A program made the translations under genes and the position numbers. Shown here piece by piece: positions 58,779 through 64,000 of a DNA stretch of 64,000 nucleotides. The notes beneath the pieces are model-generated. The model was not told the DNA's origin, searched no databases, and saw only the letters and a list, made by a program, of their open reading frames with translations. Source of the DNA: Kiritimatiellia bacterium (GTDB lineage: Bacteria; Verrucomicrobiota; Kiritimatiellia; RFP12; JBMNHG01); contig JBMNHG010000002.1 of NCBI GenBank assembly GCA_050950285.1, forward strand, positions 692,654-756,653, written 5' to 3'. Positions within the stretch are counted from its first letter, which is position 1. Each line of letters starts with the position of its first letter.

Positions 58779-59345
58779 ATGGCTACATCCAAGATCTACG
58801 TTTCCGCGAACCGGCTCACGCGCGACAGCTTCCGGCTGGCCCGCATGGTCTACGATTCCGGCTGGAAGCCGGATCTTCTGATCGGCATCTGGCGTGGCGG
58901 AACGCCGATTGCCGTGGCCGTGCACGAGTTCCTGCGCGTGAAGGGCCTCAAGCTGCACCACATCGCGATGAAGTGCTCCTCCTACGCCGGGATGTCGCGC
59001 CTCGACTCCCCCGTGAACTTCGAGTATTGCGAGGAGATTCTGGACAGCATCGCCCCGGACACCCGCGTCTTGCTGGTGGACGACGTCTTCGATTCCGGGC
59101 GCACGATGAAGGCCTGTTCCATGCGACTCCGCGCCATTCCCGCGGACGTGCGCATCGCCACGGTCTTCTGGAAGCCGGACGAGAACCTCACCGACATCCA
59201 GCCCGACTTCTACGTGAACGCCTTGAACAACTGGATCGTCTTCCCGCACGAGCTGGAGGGCCTCTCCGACGAAGAGATCCGCATCAAGGACCCGGTCGTG
59301 AGCGCGCTCTTGCGCGGCGATCCCGAGCCGTGCTTCTACAGCTGA
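58779..59345 (+). CDS. Type I phosphoribosyltransferase (purine salvage-like)
   Basis: IWRGG, VLLVDDVFDSGRT, WIVFPHE. Confidence 0.85.
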   Translation: MATSKIYVSANRLTRDSFRLARMVYDSGWKPDLLIGIWRGGTPIAVAVHEFLRVKGLKLHHIAMKCSSYAGMSRLDSPVNFEYCEEILDSIAPDTRVLLVDDVFDSGRTMKACSMRLRAIPADVRIATVFWKPDENLTDIQPDFYVNALNNWIVFPHELEGLSDEEIRIKDPVVSALLRGDPEPCFYS

Positions 59346-59366
59346 TTCTCGTTCCGGCGTTCCAAA

Positions 59367-59406
59367 GGCAAAGGCCCGGGGATGCGTTCCCGGGCCTTTG
59401 CTTTTT
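59367..59406. terminator. Intrinsic terminator between convergent genes
   Basis: GCAAAGGCCCGGG..CCCGGGCCTTTGC followed by T tract. Confidence 0.8.
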
Positions 59407-59430
59407 GTCGTCGAAGCGAAGCGCGTCCGC

Positions 59431-62409
59431 CTATTCGACGAGCGTCCAGCGCGTGCAGATGCCGGGGCTGCTCTCCCAGTAGGGGTGGAGGGTGAGGCCG
59501 TTGAACTTCGACCCGGCCTTGTCGGCGCCGTAGGCGGCGTGGCGTCCGGTCTGGTTCCCGATGAGGAAGGTGAAGCCGAAGTCCTCGCCGACGGTCTTCG
59601 GGAGGTCGGGGATTTCCGTGCGGGGGATGGCCGCCTCGTAGAGGTAGCCGGTGTCGGTGCGGATCACGACCTGCGTTGCGCCGGGCACGACGCCCGTGGT
59701 GCGTTCGCCGCGCTTCTGGCGGGGGAAGTCGTGGATGCGCGGCACGCCGGGCGCGAGGTAGCGCCAGGTTTCGCCGTTGCCATTGCGGCCGTCGTCCACC
59801 CAGTAGATGGCGTACTCGTAGTCGGTGTCCGGCGTGGCGGTGAAGCCTTCGGGGAGGTTTTCGATCGGCTCGAGGTCGTGGAAGCCGGGCGTGGTGTCGA
59901 AGGCGATGTGCAGGCGGTCGCGGCGGATGGGCATGCCGATTTCGGGGTACTTTCGGTAGACGTGCGGCACTTCGCCGAACGAGCGGGCGGGGTCGCCGGT
60001 CTTCGCGCGGAAGGCCTCGATGAACTCCTTGTAGGGCGAGATCCCGTCGTCGGCGGCGGAGTGGAAGAAGGAGTCCTCGTCGCGTTCGGACCAACGGTAG
60101 GCGTTGGGTTCGGGGGTGGGGTCGTTCACCTGGGCGCAGACGTATACGAAGTCGTCATCCCAGGCGAGCTTGAGTTCGCCGGAGGTGGCTTCGGGGTGGT
60201 CGCGGCGGAGGTCGAGCCAGGGGCGGCGCATTTGTTCGGTGAAGTCGCCGGACTGGTCGGCGTCGCGGTACAGCGCGGTGACGCCCGGGACGTCCGCCCA
60301 GTCGGCCAGGTCGCCGTCCACGGCGATGGTGCGGCGTGGCGCGATGGCGGCCGAGAGGACTTCCGCGTAGGCGGCGGTTTCGCCGGTGGAGGCCTGGAAG
60401 GAGAAGCGGAAGAGGTAGGCGTTCGCCGGGGACGGGGTGGCCTCGGCGACGGGGAATTCGAGCCGGCGCGATTCGCCGGGGGCGAGTTCGACCGGGGCGG
60501 CCGACGAGGCGAGGCGGATTCCATCGGGTTCGGCGATGGCGAGGTTGCCGGCGAGCGGGGCGTTCAGGCGGTTGCGGAGTTCCACCACGAGGCGGGCGCC
60601 TTCGGCATCGACGCGGGAGGAGAAGTCGCGCGGGATGATTTCGATGCCGCGCTTGCCGGCGATGCGGGCGGCGCGCAGGCGTTCGTTGATGGCGGCGGGG
60701 CCCTTCGCGCTGCCCACGTACAGCGGGGCGATGTCCATGGGCACGACGACCTCCGTTTCGCCGACGTGCCCGGGATTGCCCTCCATGTCGTAGAACGAAA
60801 GGAGCCCGTCGGAGTTGTCGAGGGCGAGCGTTCCGCCGTCGCTGCCGTTCACCTGGGCCCAGGGGAGCATGCGGTAGCTGGTGCCGCCGATCGGGACGAG
60901 TTTCCCGAAGACCACGACGACGCCCTCGGGGTCGTCATCCTCGCCGAACTGGAAGGCGAACGGAAGATGCTCCGTGAAGACCATCCCCCGGAAGGGCTTG
61001 CCGGAGGTCATCGCGTTGAAGGCGGCGGTGGCGGCGACGACGGGCGTCGGGATCACGTAGGCGGAGTCGTGTCCGGGGAGGGTGTCGAACAGCACGCGCG
61101 GATGCCAGGGGGAGATGCGGTTCTGTCCGGCGGCGAGGAATTGGACCACGCCTTGGGCGAGCTGGTACTCGGTGCCGACGAACCAGGTTTCGGTTTCGAT
61201 GCTCCCCTTGCCGCGGGAGCGTGCGACCATGGGGCCGTAGCACATGGCGGGCACGACGTAGTGGTCGGTGAAGATGTCGACGTACGACTCGAACTCGGGG
61301 GATCCGTCGGAGAAGAGCTTGTCCTCGGTGTTCATGATCGAGGAGGCGGCGAGGATCCGGATGCCCGGGGCGGTCTTGCGGGCGGAGGTGGCGATCAATT
61401 TCTGGAGGTCGCGGTAGCGCAGGCAGTCGGAGGCCCAGCCGGAGATGCCGCCGCCTTCCCAGGGTTCGTTGTAGTTCTCGAGGCCCCAGAGCCCGCCCTT
61501 GCCGTCTTCCCAGTAGCGGGCGGCGAACTGTTCGATCCACTTGCCGTAGCGTTCGTCGTTGGCGGGGGCGCAGAGCCAGTCGCCGGTGCCGCCGTATCCG
61601 CCGGTCTGCGGAGTCCAGCGCGCGGCGGGCGTGGGCTCGTGGAAGGGTCGGGTCCACATGGGGTGTCCGCCGAGGGTGACCATCACCTGGCATCCGGCCT
61701 CTTTCATGGCGGCGAAATAGGTGTCGTAGCGCGACCAGTCGATGGTGCCGTCTTCCTGTTCGTTCCAGCCGGTCTCGCACCGGAAGCCCCGCACGCCCAT
61801 GCGGGCGTAGATGTCGGCGCGTTCGCCCAGCGGGCCGATCATCACGGCTTCGCCGAAGATGTACGTGTTGTCCACGGTGCCTTTCGGATTGGGCCGCGGC
61901 ACGCGGGCCATCGTGGCGAGGAAGCGGCGCTCGGCGTCGCCGCGCACGAGGACGAGGGCGTAGGTGCCGAAGCGATCGGGCAGCGGGAAGTCCTTCACCG
62001 CGAAGGCCACGCGTTCGCCGCCGCCCTCCGGCGGCGCGATGGCGACGGTGTCGAGGACGGGGCCCACGGTCACGCAAGGGGCCATGCCGGAGGTGTCGGT
62101 GAGGCCGGCCATGTCCTTCACGCGCTCGCCGGGGCGGCGGGTGTCGATCTCGCGGATTTCGATGGAGAGCGGGGCGGCGTTGCCGCCGGTGAAGGCCGCC
62201 CGCTCGAAATCGAGCTGGAGGGTGGGCGACTCGCCCGGGAAGAAGAGCTGCCCCGGGGCGCCGGACGAAAGGAAGCGGAAGCGCATGTCGGGCGCTTCGC
62301 AGTCCAGTCGTTCGAGGTTGTCCTGGAGCACGAGTTGCTGGGCGTGGACGCGCAGGGCGCACGTGGAGGCCACGATTGCGGCCAGAAGCATCCGGAGGGT
62401 CTTCTTCAT
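59431..62409 (-). CDS. Secreted clan GH-A (GH39-like) protein with C-terminal CBM9-like domain
   Basis: Signal peptide; ENYNEP; IETE; VDGDLADW..LAWDDDFVY. Confidence 0.65.
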   Translation of the reverse strand: MKKTLRMLLAAIVASTCALRVHAQQLVLQDNLERLDCEAPDMRFRFLSSGAPGQLFFPGESPTLQLDFERAAFTGGNAAPLSIEIREIDTRRPGERVKDMAGLTDTSGMAPCVTVGPVLDTVAIAPPEGGGERVAFAVKDFPLPDRFGTYALVLVRGDAERRFLATMARVPRPNPKGTVDNTYIFGEAVMIGPLGERADIYARMGVRGFRCETGWNEQEDGTIDWSRYDTYFAAMKEAGCQVMVTLGGHPMWTRPFHEPTPAARWTPQTGGYGGTGDWLCAPANDERYGKWIEQFAARYWEDGKGGLWGLENYNEPWEGGGISGWASDCLRYRDLQKLIATSARKTAPGIRILAASSIMNTEDKLFSDGSPEFESYVDIFTDHYVVPAMCYGPMVARSRGKGSIETETWFVGTEYQLAQGVVQFLAAGQNRISPWHPRVLFDTLPGHDSAYVIPTPVVAATAAFNAMTSGKPFRGMVFTEHLPFAFQFGEDDDPEGVVVVFGKLVPIGGTSYRMLPWAQVNGSDGGTLALDNSDGLLSFYDMEGNPGHVGETEVVVPMDIAPLYVGSAKGPAAINERLRAARIAGKRGIEIIPRDFSSRVDAEGARLVVELRNRLNAPLAGNLAIAEPDGIRLASSAAPVELAPGESRRLEFPVAEATPSPANAYLFRFSFQASTGETAAYAEVLSAAIAPRRTIAVDGDLADWADVPGVTALYRDADQSGDFTEQMRRPWLDLRRDHPEATSGELKLAWDDDFVYVCAQVNDPTPEPNAYRWSERDEDSFFHSAADDGISPYKEFIEAFRAKTGDPARSFGEVPHVYRKYPEIGMPIRRDRLHIAFDTTPGFHDLEPIENLPEGFTATPDTDYEYAIYWVDDGRNGNGETWRYLAPGVPRIHDFPRQKRGERTTGVVPGATQVVIRTDTGYLYEAAIPRTEIPDLPKTVGEDFGFTFLIGNQTGRHAAYGADKAGSKFNGLTLHPYWESSPGICTRWTLVE

Positions 62410-62451
62410 GGGTCTCTCCTTACTTGGGGGATGGCAACGGGGATGGGGGCG

Positions 62452-63081
62452 CTAGAGGGTTCCGAAGAGGCGGTCGCCGGCGTCGCCGAGGCCGGGCACG
62501 ATGTAGCCGCGCCCGTTGAGGCATTCGTCGAGGTGGCCGAGGTAGATGTCCACGTCCGGATGGGCCTCGAGGACGACGTCGACGCCTTCGGGGGCGCCGA
62601 TGATGTTGATCATCTTGATGCGCTGCACGCCGCGCTTCTTGAGAAGGCCGATGGCCGCGACGGAGCTGCCGCCGGTGGCGAGCATCGGATCCAGCACGAT
62701 GGCGATGCGTTCCGAGACGTCCGGCGGGAGTTTGCAGTAGTACTCGACCGGCTGGAGGGTCGTTTCGTTGCGATAGATGCCCACGTGGCCCACGCGGGCG
62801 GCCGGGACGAGTTCGAGCATGGCGTCCACCATGCCGAGCCCGGCGCGGAGGATGGGCACGAGACACACCTGGCGGGCGAGGAATTTCCCGGTGGTCTTCA
62901 CGAGCGGGGTCGAGATTTTGTGCGACTCCAGCCCGAGGTCGCGGGTGGCCTCGTAGCCGATCAGCAGCGAAATCTCGCTTACGAGGTCGCGGAAGTCCTT
63001 GTGATTGGTCTCAACCTGTCGAAGGATGGAGATTTTGTGCTGGACCAGCGGATGGTCCACGCAGTGTACCTTGTCGTTCAT
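62452..63081 (-). CDS. upp: Uracil phosphoribosyltransferase
   Basis: [38 protein letters not shown]. Confidence 0.97.
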   Translation of the reverse strand: MNDKVHCVDHPLVQHKISILRQVETNHKDFRDLVSEISLLIGYEATRDLGLESHKISTPLVKTTGKFLARQVCLVPILRAGLGMVDAMLELVPAARVGHVGIYRNETTLQPVEYYCKLPPDVSERIAIVLDPMLATGGSSVAAIGLLKKRGVQRIKMINIIGAPEGVDVVLEAHPDVDIYLGHLDECLNGRGYIVPGLGDAGDRLFGTL

Positions 63082-63146
63082 GGCGGATTTTCGGGGATGG
63101 GTTCAAGGAAAGGGAGGAACGATGGAGGCCGAAGCGCGGGGGCGGG

Positions 63147-63959
63147 TCAATGGGTCATGGCGTAGAGGAACCAGCTGGAAAGCCACTGGTAGCTGAGTTC
63201 GCGGAAGGCGTTGTCGCCGCCGTGGCCGATGCCCTCGCCAATGGGGTTCGAGGCCGTGGGCGGGGTGGAGACCTCCCAGGCGCAACCGTCGTCGTTCATC
63301 GTGAAGAAGACCATGGGGCGGCCGTCGAAGAGGAAATACTCCCAGACGTGGCGCTCGCGGATCGTCTCGGGACGGGGGGCGTCGGCGTAGAGCAGGCCGA
63401 ACATGTCGCGGCCGACCGGATCGTCCGCGTAGGCGAAGATGGGTCCCTCGATGCCGGGAAGGATCTTCGCGACCTCGGTGTTCTTCGATTCCGTGAAGCC
63501 GCTGCCGCGCAGGTAGCAGTCGTCCAGGAGCAGCGTCCCGCCGCGCTGGAGCCAGCGTGCGAGGTTCTCCATCTCGGCGGCGTTGAAGGCCCAGCGCGTG
63601 TGGGCGGTGAGGTAGATGACGGTCTCCTCGAACAGGTCGTCGGAGGCGACATCCAGCCCTTCGTTGTCGATGTGGACGGGCAGTTCGGTCCGCTTGTTCA
63701 CCTGGTACATCGCGTAGGGGATGGCCGTGGGGTCGGCGTCCCAGTCCGGTCCCTTCATGGCGGGACGGATGCGGCGCATGCAGAGCTTGTTCCGGCGGTC
63801 GACCTCCGCCGCCGCGGAGGAGCTGCGCGCCTCTTCGGCGGAAATTTCGCGCCGGTTCGCGCGGGTGGCCCGTTCCGCCCATCGGGCGTGGGCGGGAAGC
63901 GCGAGAAGGGCGGAAACGCCAAGCAGTGGAAACAGTTTCAGGAAGAAAGGATGGTTCAT
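63147..63959 (-). CDS. DUF4159-like exported protein
   Basis: Signal peptide; DWDADP; WLQRGGTLLLDDC; ends YAMTH. Confidence 0.7.
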   Translation of the reverse strand: MNHPFFLKLFPLLGVSALLALPAHARWAERATRANRREISAEEARSSSAAAEVDRRNKLCMRRIRPAMKGPDWDADPTAIPYAMYQVNKRTELPVHIDNEGLDVASDDLFEETVIYLTAHTRWAFNAAEMENLARWLQRGGTLLLDDCYLRGSGFTESKNTEVAKILPGIEGPIFAYADDPVGRDMFGLLYADAPRPETIRERHVWEYFLFDGRPMVFFTMNDDGCAWEVSTPPTASNPIGEGIGHGGDNAFRELSYQWLSSWFLYAMTH

Positions 63960-64000
63960 GGAAGACGGTATGCCGACCCGGTCAATGTAGGGCAAGAGGC

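Overview
High-GC bacterial chromosomal segment. Gene style (XylR-type regulators, FGE-domain secreted proteins, many carbohydrate-active hypotheticals, PF12831-type oxidoreductases) suggests a PVC-superphylum, probably Kiritimatiellia/Lentisphaeria-like organism; this is inference. Core content: hisD; a dcw cluster that stops after murE (mraZ-rsmH-ftsL-ftsI-murE); a divergent F0F1 ATP synthase operon with several +1 frameshifts; tRNA-Pro(GGG); ispF-cysS-tadA; lipA-trmL; nifU-nifS-dapA-dapB; upp; and nfnA and nfnB sitting ~31 kb apart. Accessory content: (i) an interrupted IS whose DDE transposase is reached by -1 frameshift from an AbrB-like ORF, inserted in a REP-containing MITE; (ii) three TA-sharing mobile elements in tandem (two MITEs plus IS630); (iii) a XylR-linked secreted glycan locus with two tandem FGE/C-type-lectin-fold paralogues that differ mainly in three C-terminal loops; (iv) an ~8 kb cluster of co-oriented envelope genes bounded by a perfect 21-bp direct repeat, with a XylR-type regulator carrying a G15 tract, a recurrent upstream motif and several recombination scars. 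No CRISPR array, rRNA, reverse transcriptase or integrase was seen. All calls come from reading the sequence; no database searches were run.
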